Source: an uncultured Staphylococcaceae bacterium (GTDB taxonomy: Bacteria; Bacillota_I; Bacilli_A; RFN20; CAG-826). Taken from it: DNA of 61,334 nt. The position numbers were made by a program, and so were the translations under genes. The notes beneath the pieces are model-generated. The model was not told the DNA's origin and did no database searches. It saw only the letters and a program-made list of their open reading frames with translations. This document shows positions 7,620-16,986 of the stretch, one piece after another. The stretch lies in assembly GCA_964507285.1 (NCBI GenBank), contig CAZDPH010000001.1, positions 1-61,334 on the forward strand, read 5' to 3'. How positions within the stretch are numbered: the stretch's first letter is position 1; each line of letters opens with the position of its first letter.

Positions 7620-8804
7620 TTATTCTGTAACTAATTTAACATCTTCGATTGAAATTTCTTTTGTGCCATTATAATCTGCTCTAACACAAGTAAATTTAAT
7701 CTTATCACCTTTCTTTAATCCTGAAGTAACTTCATTTGTTAAGAAATCTTTTGGATTATTAAATTTATATTTTGAGCCTGTCCATGTAAGTGCACCAGTT
7801 CCTGCAGTAGCACCATAAACATACATTGTATTAGTACCATCAGTAAGATAGAAATTACCATATTGAGTAGCATCACTAGCAGATTCTGATAAGCTTGATT
7901 CAGTTTTTCCAAATCCTAAAATAGTAGCTTCAGTTTCAAATAATTTATTCCCTGCAGTTAAGTTGCTATCATTAATAACTTCTTCTAAAGTAGCACTTGT
8001 TCCATTAACTCTACTTGATCCTGCAATAACCCATCCATTACCTTCAACGGTTCCTTTATAATCACAACGTGTTAACATCATTGTAACTTCATCGCCAATC
8101 TTTAATGAACTTGTAAATGAATCTTCTAACCAATCATATTTTTTAGTGAATGACCATTTACCATCTGCATATGATAATGATTTATTACTTGCTGTAGCAC
8201 CATAAATTAAAACTTCAGCACCTGTATCATCTGTTAAATAGAAATTACCATATTTTGTACCATCAGTATTAGTATCTTTCCATTTAGAAATTTTACCTTT
8301 AACTCTATAAATTTCTTTATTTACTAAATTTCCATTACTATCAGTAGGAATTGTTGCTTCGATAAATTCTTTAACTGTTGCATCAATTGCAGCTTTTTCA
8401 GTATCACTTTCTTTAACAGTAACAACAACAGAATCTGTTAAAACACTACCACCATCAGCTTCAGTATTTGTGTAACTTGCAGTAACAGTTGCAGATCCTG
8501 CTCCAATTGTTGAAACATAAGATCCATTAACAGCAACAACATTACTATCAGATGAAGTAATTTTTAATAATCCTTTTGAAATAGCGTTTGCAGGATTTAC
8601 TGTTGCGCCTGAAAAAGTGAATTGTAATTGTCTATCAGAATCACCAACTTTCCATTCAGCTTCTAAATCTGATTTGTTAGAAATAGTCATTCCTGTAACT
8701 TCTGTTGATACTTTAGGTTCACTTCCATTACAAGCTACTAAAGCACCAAAACCTAAAATAGCAACTCCACTTAATGTTAATACGCTAATAAATTTTCTTT
8801 TCAT
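7620..8804 (-). CDS. Surface lipoprotein: BIG2-like Ig domain plus two tandem OB-fold-like repeats (probable nucleic-acid binding)
   Basis: ATG 8804 follows GGAGGAG; the track start at 8816 is a TTG inside the RBS. Lipobox ALVAC. SSDSNVVAVNG..VSTIGAGSATVTASY resembles BIG2. An internal duplication reads KYGNFYLTDDTGAEVLIYGATA...IGDEVTMMLTRCDYKG and QYGNFYLTDGTNTMYVYGATA...KGDKIKFTCVRADYNG. Confidence 0.7.
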   Translation of the reverse strand: MKRKFISVLTLSGVAILGFGALVACNGSEPKVSTEVTGMTISNKSDLEAEWKVGDSDRQLQFTFSGATVNPANAISKGLLKITSSDSNVVAVNGSYVSTIGAGSATVTASYTNTEADGGSVLTDSVVVTVKESDTEKAAIDATVKEFIEATIPTDSNGNLVNKEIYRVKGKISKWKDTNTDGTKYGNFYLTDDTGAEVLIYGATASNKSLSYADGKWSFTKKYDWLEDSFTSSLKIGDEVTMMLTRCDYKGTVEGNGWVIAGSSRVNGTSATLEEVINDSNLTAGNKLFETEATILGFGKTESSLSESASDATQYGNFYLTDGTNTMYVYGATAGTGALTWTGSKYKFNNPKDFLTNEVTSGLKKGDKIKFTCVRADYNGTKEISIEDVKLVTE

Positions 8805-8854
8805 AATCTCCTCCAAAAAATTTATATTTAAGACGATACGTCCTTAAACCAAAG

Positions 8855-9334
8855 TTATTGAACAAAAGTATCATTTTGAATATCTTTTAAGACATTCTGA
8901 TACTTGTGGCTACGTTTAACACCTATTGTGATATTAATAGCAGCATAAACTAATAAAATTACTCCAAATGTAAGTAATCCAACGAAAACAAAGAATTCAC
9001 TACCATAAACAATTTTATAATTATTTGTAGCTTTAAATGCCATTGAATAAAATAAGAAAGAAGTAGCAGTTAAAATAATACCAATCATTAAAGCAACCAT
9101 TCCAGCAGAGAATTTATTTTTTGCTCTATGAATTTCAGCATGACTTGCTTGAGATAGTTCTTTTAAATCTTGTGCACCTAAATGTGATTTAACAACATGA
9201 TTGCATCTAGGACAAACATATGCTTTTTCAATATTAGGATTTAATATTAAAGCTTTATCTTTTTCATTATTTGCAATTTTTGATAATTTCTTTTCATCTA
9301 TTTTAAATTCTTTTCCACAATGTTGACAATACAT
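8855..9334 (-). CDS. Zinc-ribbon membrane protein (CxxC...CxxC N-terminus, two TM helices)
   Basis: MYCQHCGKEF...VCPRCNH followed by hydrophobic stretches MVALMIGIILTATSFLFY and FVFVGLLTFGVILLVYAAI. Confidence 0.55.
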   Translation of the reverse strand: MYCQHCGKEFKIDEKKLSKIANNEKDKALILNPNIEKAYVCPRCNHVVKSHLGAQDLKELSQASHAEIHRAKNKFSAGMVALMIGIILTATSFLFYSMAFKATNNYKIVYGSEFFVFVGLLTFGVILLVYAAINITIGVKRSHKYQNVLKDIQNDTFVQ

Positions 9335-9345
9335 AGTTTCTCCTT

Positions 9346-10476
9346 TTAATAATTATAATTTGGATCTTTTTCTCCCCAAATTTTAATTCCTTTTGAACTT
9401 GCTAAATCATTAGCGTAATTAAAATAATAAGTATATGGAATATTTTTATACTTCATCTCATCAAGAGTAGCATTCATATATTTTCCATAACCTTCTTTTA
9501 CTAATTCATAATTTAATAAATTATAATCAGAATAAGATGGATTTTCTTCATTTGTATACCATACAAAACCTAATATTCTTTTGTATGTATCTCTTATACT
9601 TCCTCCAAGTGCACTTTGAATTAAAATATGTTTTGCATTTTTTAATTTTTCATAAGTATATTTTTTAGCAGCTTCTCCCCAAGGTTGTTCAGTAATAGAA
9701 CTTCCTTCACTAGTATGATCAATTTCAGGAGTATTTACTAAATAGTATCTAACTTTTTCTGAAGATTCAATATTGCTAAATCCTTTAAAAGTAAAATATG
9801 TAGTATCCCCATCAACATATTTACTAACGCTTGTTTCATATACTCCACCTTTAGGTGTTTCGTTTTCTAGAAAGCTAGCATTCATATATCTTTCATCTAA
9901 TTTAGGTCCTTCTAGAAATTCTTCATAATCAATAGGAGTACTAACCCCAAATCTACCATCAAATTCATTTCCTACTACTTTATACCATTCAAATGAATTA
10001 AATGTTTCGCTACCTTTTAATGAATTTTCATTTTTAATTAAAGTACCATTTTCAATATATGGATTAGAATAACCTAAAGTGCCAACACTATCTAAAACAT
10101 AATCTTTATATTTTATTTCAATGTAATTAAATCCATAAATTACATCTTTTTCTAAATATGAATAATTTAAACATCCTAAATCACTTTTATAACTAGGATT
10201 TGCAAAGATAAAAGAAGTATTAGAAATTGAAGAAAAATAATCTTTTAAATTTAATGATAATAAAATATCTTTTCCTTTATAAAAATTTAAATAAATATCA
10301 TCTTTTATTTCATTTTTATTAGTAACTTCTATATAGGATTCAAAAACATTACTTGATACTCCTATTTCACTGATAAAAGGAGCATTATCTTTGATATTGC
10401 TCAAATTATCTTGGCTACAACTTGTTGTAGCACTAGTTAATAATAAAGGTAAAATTAAGAGATATTTCTTTTTCAT
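9346..10476 (-). CDS. Lipoprotein-like nuclease: N-terminal LTD-like region plus C-terminal staphylococcal (thermo)nuclease domain
   Basis: Signal peptide MKKKYLLILPLLLTSATTSC. SNase motifs are VDGDTTYFTF, VRYYLVNTPEIDH, QPWGEAAKKYTYEKL, RILGFVWY and YELVKEGYG. Confidence 0.8.
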   Translation of the reverse strand: MKKKYLLILPLLLTSATTSCSQDNLSNIKDNAPFISEIGVSSNVFESYIEVTNKNEIKDDIYLNFYKGKDILLSLNLKDYFSSISNTSFIFANPSYKSDLGCLNYSYLEKDVIYGFNYIEIKYKDYVLDSVGTLGYSNPYIENGTLIKNENSLKGSETFNSFEWYKVVGNEFDGRFGVSTPIDYEEFLEGPKLDERYMNASFLENETPKGGVYETSVSKYVDGDTTYFTFKGFSNIESSEKVRYYLVNTPEIDHTSEGSSITEQPWGEAAKKYTYEKLKNAKHILIQSALGGSIRDTYKRILGFVWYTNEENPSYSDYNLLNYELVKEGYGKYMNATLDEMKYKNIPYTYYFNYANDLASSKGIKIWGEKDPNYNY

Positions 10477-10478
10477 AA

Positions 10479-11894
10479 TTAATCAACTAAAACTAAATCA
10501 CTTCCGCTACGAATAACAATTTGTGTAACGTATTTGCCACTTGTTTGTTTATGTAAAGCGACAACTCCTGCGATTTTAAATGTATGTCCAACAAAAGATT
10601 CATGTGAAATCCATTGATTTGATGGATTTGATGCATCTGGTTTATAAATAAATGGGATAAATGCACTAACATTAATTTTTTCACCATCTTCAGTTTCTAA
10701 ATATAATGTTATAGAATCGCTACTAGAAGTATAGCCTCCAGTAACTCTAACAATTTCTTCAAATTTAACAGGAGAATTAACACATTCATAATCTTCATTA
10801 GTGAATGCTTTAATGCTTCTTTCAAATTCATACATTTTAAATTCATCAGTATTATTTTCAGGAGAAATTAATACTTGAGCGTCATTTTCTCCAGGAAGAT
10901 AAGCTTTCCAACTACATCCAGAAATTTGAAATCCAAAATTTTCACTATTAGAAACTGTTCCACAAACTTGTAAATATGTATTTACTTTATAGAATTTTGA
11001 AGAAATACTGCTCATACCTGTATAGATATTAATTCCAGCATATTCTCCATATTCATATCTTCCACCATTTTCTTTAGAATAATAATTTTGTAAATAAATA
11101 GTGTTATTTGCAAAGCCTACAACTGTGCCAACAACTTTAACATTCATGTTATTAAATTTATTTTCGTAAGTTTCACCATTTTTACTAGCAGCAATTTCTT
11201 TTTCTAATTCAATTTTCATATCAAGTAAAGAAACTACTTCATAATCACCATAATTGAATAATGGATCATCTTCTCCAGAGAATAAATTTAATTTATATTC
11301 TTGAGCTTGTCTCCAAGCAGCTCTAAATGTATCTTCAAGACGAGGCATTTCGTTAGCGTTTTTAACTTCACTATAGCCATTTTGGACTAATAATAAATTT
11401 AATAAAATTAAATCTTTATAATCAGCATTTTTTGTAGTTTCATTAATCCAAATAAGTGCTAAATATCTAGTACCAGTTGAATCATGACTTGGAACACAAT
11501 ATTCATCTCCAGGAACAGAAATAACAATAGTACCATTTTCATTAGCGTTAGTTAATTTTTCTTTTGTAAAGTTACTTGCAGCTTTTCCATAAGGTTGAAT
11601 TTTACCTGTTGATTCTGGAGTATCAATTCCATAAAATCTACATTTAATTAATTCATCATTTCCTTCTTCTTTAAAGTGAGCAGTATCTCCATCAATAGCA
11701 GTTTGTAAAGTAACTTGAGCAATACCATCACTTAAAAAATCATGTCCTTTATAATCTAAATTTAATCTAGCTTCATCTTTAATTGTGTAATCAATAAATT
11801 GAGTTGAAGTATCAGTATTAGAACCACAACTTGATATTGTGAATACAGAAATAGAAGCTAAGAATGTAAAAAATAATCTTTTAACAATATTCAT
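10479..11894 (-). CDS. Lipoprotein nuclease: N-terminal staphylococcal nuclease domain plus C-terminal OB-fold-like domains
   Basis: Lipobox ISSC. SNase motifs are IDGDTAHFK, CRFYGIDTPESTGKIQPYGKAASNFTKEKL, RYLALIWI and LLLVQNGYSEV. The C-terminal VKVVGTVVGFANNTIYLQ and VRVTGGYTSSSDSITLYLE look like OB-fold strands. Confidence 0.8.
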   Translation of the reverse strand: MNIVKRLFFTFLASISVFTISSCGSNTDTSTQFIDYTIKDEARLNLDYKGHDFLSDGIAQVTLQTAIDGDTAHFKEEGNDELIKCRFYGIDTPESTGKIQPYGKAASNFTKEKLTNANENGTIVISVPGDEYCVPSHDSTGTRYLALIWINETTKNADYKDLILLNLLLVQNGYSEVKNANEMPRLEDTFRAAWRQAQEYKLNLFSGEDDPLFNYGDYEVVSLLDMKIELEKEIAASKNGETYENKFNNMNVKVVGTVVGFANNTIYLQNYYSKENGGRYEYGEYAGINIYTGMSSISSKFYKVNTYLQVCGTVSNSENFGFQISGCSWKAYLPGENDAQVLISPENNTDEFKMYEFERSIKAFTNEDYECVNSPVKFEEIVRVTGGYTSSSDSITLYLETEDGEKINVSAFIPFIYKPDASNPSNQWISHESFVGHTFKIAGVVALHKQTSGKYVTQIVIRSGSDLVLVD

Positions 11895-11895
11895 A

Positions 11896-13341
11896 TTACA
11901 TCTCCAATAAAGTCATTTGATAAGCATAATCAAATGCTTCATCAATACTCTTTTTATTTAAAAATACATTTGTAAGAATACTTCCTACATTATCTCTTGC
12001 AGCACTACTTCCTTTAAAAGTAGGAGTAGTAATATATTTACCATTAATGTCATTAACAACAACATTGCTAGTTTCTGCTAAGAAAGTATCATTTTCACTT
12101 AAATATTCTTTATAGAAATCAACTTGATAAGAAGATTCTCTTACTGGAACATATCCCTCACTTCCTAAATAACAAATTTCAGGATTATTTGTAGTATTTG
12201 TAATATATTTTAAGAATTTCCATCCATATTCTTTTCTAAATTCATTAACTTCATCGCTTACACCAACTGATCTAAGTAAAGTTAAAGTAGGTCCTTGAGT
12301 AACATAAAGTGGATTATTATTACTATAAGGAACTTTACATACTCCAACACTAAATGATGCACTTCCTGGATCATTATATCCTGCACCTCCAGAAGAACCA
12401 ATTGTAAATAAACATTTTCCTACTGTGAAAGAGTTAGAACCATATTCATTATTATTGCTTCCTTTTGTTTTTAAAAGTCCATCATCATAATTTGATTTTA
12501 ATTCTTTTACTATTGCTTTAGCTTCATCATTATTAAAATCAATAGATCCTTTCCCATCTTTAACAGAAATAAAATCAACATTATTTTGATAAAGTTTAGA
12601 AATAATCAAATTAGAATCACTATCATAAATTAAAGGTGTTTCTAAAGCAGTTCCATATGTATTTTTACCACTATCCATGTCTTCTTTAACAAATCTTAAT
12701 AAATCAATAAATTTATCCCAAGTTAAATTTTTCATAAATTCACTTGGATCAGAAATAGTAGAATCATAATTAGGAATTAAAACATTTTCTACAATGTCCT
12801 TGTTATACATTAAAACTTCACTACTTTTCATAAAAGGAAGAGAATAAGTACCTTCTTTTAAATATGATGTAGATTCATTATAGAATGCTTTAACAAAGTC
12901 GCTACTATCTTTATCGTCACCTAAATATGAATTTTTCCCATATCCATAGGTAGAATCATTCATTAATGTTTCTAAATTATAAACATACTCCTCGTCAAAA
13001 TCTTCATGAGAGAGATAATTTGCAACGTGATCTGGATATGCAACAGCAATGGTAGGAGAATTGCCAACAGCAAACCCACGTTCAATTTGAGTCATAATTT
13101 CATCATAACTACCAATATAAGAAAGTTCGATATTAACATCAACACCTTCTTCATCTTTGATAATTTTTTTAAACTCATTTATCTTACTTTTAATTTCATC
13201 TTGAAGATTTTGACCAAAAGTATGCCAAAAATAGATAGTATTGCTTGATTCTTCATTCTTTTGATTACAGGAGAAAAGGCTCACTAAAAATAATGGCATT
13301 GATAAAAATAATTTCATTTTGTTCCGGTTTTTAGTAAGCAT
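11896..13341 (-). CDS. ABC transporter solute-binding lipoprotein (family 1 type)
   Basis: ATG 13341 follows AAGGAG. Signal plus Cys (LVSLFSC). About 480 aa with a family-1 SBP-like layout. It is a paralogue of the next gene (shared ...GS.GGAGYN / GSTGG... and ...KGSSA.R / KGSSTCR blocks). Confidence 0.7.
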   Translation of the reverse strand: MLTKNRNKMKLFLSMPLFLVSLFSCNQKNEESSNTIYFWHTFGQNLQDEIKSKINEFKKIIKDEEGVDVNIELSYIGSYDEIMTQIERGFAVGNSPTIAVAYPDHVANYLSHEDFDEEYVYNLETLMNDSTYGYGKNSYLGDDKDSSDFVKAFYNESTSYLKEGTYSLPFMKSSEVLMYNKDIVENVLIPNYDSTISDPSEFMKNLTWDKFIDLLRFVKEDMDSGKNTYGTALETPLIYDSDSNLIISKLYQNNVDFISVKDGKGSIDFNNDEAKAIVKELKSNYDDGLLKTKGSNNNEYGSNSFTVGKCLFTIGSSGGAGYNDPGSASFSVGVCKVPYSNNNPLYVTQGPTLTLLRSVGVSDEVNEFRKEYGWKFLKYITNTTNNPEICYLGSEGYVPVRESSYQVDFYKEYLSENDTFLAETSNVVVNDINGKYITTPTFKGSSAARDNVGSILTNVFLNKKSIDEAFDYAYQMTLLEM

Positions 13342-13378
13342 AATCTTTTCTCCTTAAATTTTTATAATTTCGCTTTTA

Positions 13379-14875
13379 TTATAAAGCTAATTTAGCTTGA
13401 GCTTCAGCATCAGCAAACCATTGATCAATTTCATCAATATTGTTAGATGTAGTTAATGCTTTTGTCATTAATCCACTAACTTGGTTTCTACATGTTGAAG
13501 AACCTTTGAATGCTGGTGAAACATATAATGTACCAACATCATTAATTTTAGCTTTTGAGTAAGCCATAACTCTATCTAATGTCTTTTCATCGCATGATTC
13601 ATAATCACTTGCTGCTTTATAAATAGCACTGTTTAAGACACTATATCTGATTGGTGAATAACCTGTACTGATTGACCAATCTAATGAATTTTCTTCATTT
13701 GAAATGAATTTATAGAATAACCATGAAGCTAATTGTCTATTCTTATCACCATTATGATCTAACATACAGATTGAAGGACCTTGGTTGATTGAATAAGCAT
13801 GTTCTGCATTAGCTTGAGGAATTCTAGCAACACCAACGTTCATTGGATTTGATTCTGAGAATTGGTATTTAACACCACCTGTTGAACCAACTGAGAATAA
13901 TGTATTTTGTAATGTGAAGTAGTTATTTGTATAGTTACCACCTGCACTACCTTTTGAAATAATATATCCTTTTTCAGCTGCTTCATGGAATGTTCTTAAA
14001 ACATTTTTCATACCATCATTATTGAAATCAATACTAGCAGTACCAGTTGCTTTATCAACTGATGTATATCCATATCCATATTGTTTTGCTAAAGTAATGA
14101 ATAAGTTATCATCACTATCATAAGCAAAGATTGAATGATATGCTTGATCAGTTTTAACATATTTTTCTGATTCTGAAACTGAATCATCATGGGCTTGAAT
14201 AGCTGGACATAATTTATTAAATAATTCATCCCATGTTAAATTATCTAAATATTCAGCACTTAAAGGTTTACCACCATTGATTGTGCTATCATATTTTGAT
14301 AAATCCATACCAATTAAAACATCAGCATTATAGAACATTTGTTCTGTTGATTTACACCATGGGGCACTATATGTTCCTTCAACTAAATATTCTTTACCTT
14401 CTTCTAAATAATCTGTAATGAGATCTTCGTATTCTTCTTTTGTCCATCCGACTGTTGCGTCATTCATGAATTGTTCTAATTCAACTGCTTTATTGTAGTT
14501 GATATATTCTGCAACGTGGTCTGCATAACATTGAACAAGATCTGGATAAGCATTAGCTGTAAAACCTTTAACAGTAGCTTCTTTTAAATCATTATAAGAA
14601 CCACTAATGATTGTGCTAGTAACTGTAATGTTTGGTTGAGCTTTTTTAAATGCTTCGATATAACTATTTAAATTTGGTTGATTGTTTGTACCAATAATTG
14701 ACCATAATGTAATTTCAGTTTTTTGTTTTAAAACTCCATTTTCATCAACTAAGTCACTCCATTCACCTTCAGTAACAATTCTATCGTCACTATTTCCACC
14801 ACCATTACAAGCAGTAGCGCCACAAGCAACTGAGAGTAATGCTAATGCACATTTTAATGTTTTAAACTTTTTCAT
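13379..14875 (-). CDS. ABC transporter solute-binding lipoprotein (family 1 type)
   Basis: Signal plus Cys (LLSVACGATAC). It is a paralogue of 11896..13341 and sits directly downstream of the two permease genes. Confidence 0.7.
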   Translation of the reverse strand: MKKFKTLKCALALLSVACGATACNGGGNSDDRIVTEGEWSDLVDENGVLKQKTEITLWSIIGTNNQPNLNSYIEAFKKAQPNITVTSTIISGSYNDLKEATVKGFTANAYPDLVQCYADHVAEYINYNKAVELEQFMNDATVGWTKEEYEDLITDYLEEGKEYLVEGTYSAPWCKSTEQMFYNADVLIGMDLSKYDSTINGGKPLSAEYLDNLTWDELFNKLCPAIQAHDDSVSESEKYVKTDQAYHSIFAYDSDDNLFITLAKQYGYGYTSVDKATGTASIDFNNDGMKNVLRTFHEAAEKGYIISKGSAGGNYTNNYFTLQNTLFSVGSTGGVKYQFSESNPMNVGVARIPQANAEHAYSINQGPSICMLDHNGDKNRQLASWLFYKFISNEENSLDWSISTGYSPIRYSVLNSAIYKAASDYESCDEKTLDRVMAYSKAKINDVGTLYVSPAFKGSSTCRNQVSGLMTKALTTSNNIDEIDQWFADAEAQAKLAL

Positions 14876-14936
14876 AAATCCTCCATGTTTAAAATGTTTT
14901 ATTTATTTTTTACACTTTTAATAAAAGTGAGAAAAC

Positions 14937-15917
14937 CTAACCTTTAATACCTGCTCTTCCAACACCTTTCATAATGTATTTACGGAAGAAAACAAATAAT
15001 AAGAATAATGGCACAGTAACTAAAACAGTAGCAGCCATTTGATAACCATATTCAGTACGTCCGCTTTCAGCATCAACGAAACTTGATCCTCTTAAACCAT
15101 TTGAAATTAATCTATATGATTCGTTATTAGCAGTAACTAAATTTGGCCAAACATATGAGTTCCATGTTCCCATGAATTTTAAAATAGTAATAGAAATTAA
15201 TGTAGGAGCAGCAAGTGGAACCATTACTTTCCATAAATAATTCCAATCACTCTTTCCATCAACTTTACTAGCTAAATATAATTCATTAGGAATTTGCTTG
15301 AAATTTTGTCTTAATAAGTAAATGTGGAAAACACTTACCCAGAAAGGAACGATCATTGCAGCATATGCATCCATTAATGAAGCATTTTCTCCAACCCATC
15401 CAAATGATGCAACTGTAATATAGTTAGAAATAACCATCATTTCACCAGGAATCATCATAGTCATTAAAAATACCATGAATAATGCTTCTCTTCCTTTAAA
15501 TTCAAGACGAGAGAATGCAAATGCAGCAAATATTGTTGTTAGAAGTGTACCTATTGTAGAGAATATTGCAACAACAATTGTATTCCACATGTATGTTGAA
15601 AAATCAAATGCACTAAAAACATAAACATAATTACTCCACATAACAATAGTAGGGAAGAATGTTTGATTTGATTGAATAATTTCATCATTAATTTTTAATG
15701 ATGTAATTAACATCCAATAGAATGGGAAAACAACAATTAATGCTAAGAAAATAATTAAAGCATATGTAATAAGTGTTGAAATAAATCTACCTATTTTTTC
15801 AGTTTTTTGAAGGGTTTTAACAGTTTGGTTTCCTTCTTTAATACATAAAACAATTTTATTATTATCAATATCAACTTTTTTAAAGTCTATATATTCTTTT
15901 GAAATACTATTTTCCAT
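14937..15917 (-). CDS. ABC transporter permease (MalG/UgpE-type binding-protein-dependent inner membrane component)
   Basis: Six hydrophobic segments. The EAA-loop-like ELYLASKVDGKSDWNYLWKVMVPLAAP is typical of carbohydrate-type importer permeases. Confidence 0.8.
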   Translation of the reverse strand: MENSISKEYIDFKKVDIDNNKIVLCIKEGNQTVKTLQKTEKIGRFISTLITYALIIFLALIVVFPFYWMLITSLKINDEIIQSNQTFFPTIVMWSNYVYVFSAFDFSTYMWNTIVVAIFSTIGTLLTTIFAAFAFSRLEFKGREALFMVFLMTMMIPGEMMVISNYITVASFGWVGENASLMDAYAAMIVPFWVSVFHIYLLRQNFKQIPNELYLASKVDGKSDWNYLWKVMVPLAAPTLISITILKFMGTWNSYVWPNLVTANNESYRLISNGLRGSSFVDAESGRTEYGYQMAATVLVTVPLFLLFVFFRKYIMKGVGRAGIKG

Positions 15918-15933
15918 ATAAACCTCCTTGATA

Positions 15934-16986
15934 TTAATAATAAACTCTCTTCTTTGATACTCCCATTTGAATAAATGTAAATATCAAAATAACAATAAAG
16001 AGTAATACAGCAGCAGCAGCTGCAAATGAAGTATGAGTATTTAAGTTATCATAAATATAATAAACTATTGTATATAACTCATAAGTACCTGTTGTTGTAC
16101 CAGGTCCATTGAATAAACCAACAATTGATGAATATTCTTTAAATGCACTAATAAATGAAGTGACCATGATATAAAGAATTTGTGGACCAAGAAGAGGAAT
16201 AGTAACACGAGTTAATACTTTCCATCTTGGAGCAGCATCAATTTTAGCAGCTTGATAATATTGCTTATCAATACCTTGTAAGCCTGATAAGAAAACAAGA
16301 ATTTTAAATGGTAATGATGACCAGATAATGTAAATACAAAGTGGTAACATTGCATCCCATCTACTAGCACCATAAATCCATTGTTTACCAGTGATTCCAA
16401 AAATAAAGTTTATAACACCATTTGAATCAAATAAAACAGAGAAAACCATACCAACCGCAATAGTATTTGTAACATATGGAAGGAAGAATATAGTTTGTAA
16501 TACTTTTTGGAACCATTTAATTGAATTTAAAGCAACGGATATCAATAAAGCAATTAAAATAGAAGGAATAACAGTAGCAAATACTAAGAAGAATGTATTA
16601 GGAATAGCGTATTCAAGAATACGAGATTCATAAGCTCCTCCATTAATTTCAGTTAAACCTAATATTGCACCATAGTTATCTAATGTAAAACCATTATATG
16701 TACCTTTAATATAATCATAATCTTTCATGAATGAAATAAAGATTGTATTAATTAAAGGGTAAATAAGGAATACTGCCATTAAGATAAGAACAGGAGCTAA
16801 ATATAACCATGCTCTCCAGTTATTTGTACTTTCAGCATTTTTAACACCAGTAACTTTATATTCTTTTTTTGATTTTTTAGAAGAAAGAAAGCGCACTAAT
16901 ACTTTTTTATCTTCATTATATCCATCATTAATTTCGCCTAAACGATTATCAATGAATGTTTCGTGAGTGACACTAGCACTTTCCAT
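15934..16986 (-). CDS. ABC transporter permease (MalF/UgpA-type)
   Basis: Multiple TM segments. EAA-loop-like QYYQAAKIDAAPRWKVLTRVTIPLLGP. Confidence 0.8.
   Translation of the reverse strand: MESASVTHETFIDNRLGEINDGYNEDKKVLVRFLSSKKSKKEYKVTGVKNAESTNNWRAWLYLAPVLILMAVFLIYPLINTIFISFMKDYDYIKGTYNGFTLDNYGAILGLTEINGGAYESRILEYAIPNTFFLVFATVIPSILIALLISVALNSIKWFQKVLQTIFFLPYVTNTIAVGMVFSVLFDSNGVINFIFGITGKQWIYGASRWDAMLPLCIYIIWSSLPFKILVFLSGLQGIDKQYYQAAKIDAAPRWKVLTRVTIPLLGPQILYIMVTSFISAFKEYSSIVGLFNGPGTTTGTYELYTIVYYIYDNLNTHTSFAAAAAVLLFIVILIFTFIQMGVSKKRVYY

Noticed and set aside
14913-14929. Hairpin CACTTTT-AAT-AAAAGTG in the 61-nt gap between the permease and SBP genes, considered as an internal terminator.
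   Set aside because: It is not followed by a T-run on the coding (minus) strand. At most it is an mRNA processing or stability element or part of an internal promoter. This cannot be tested from sequence alone.
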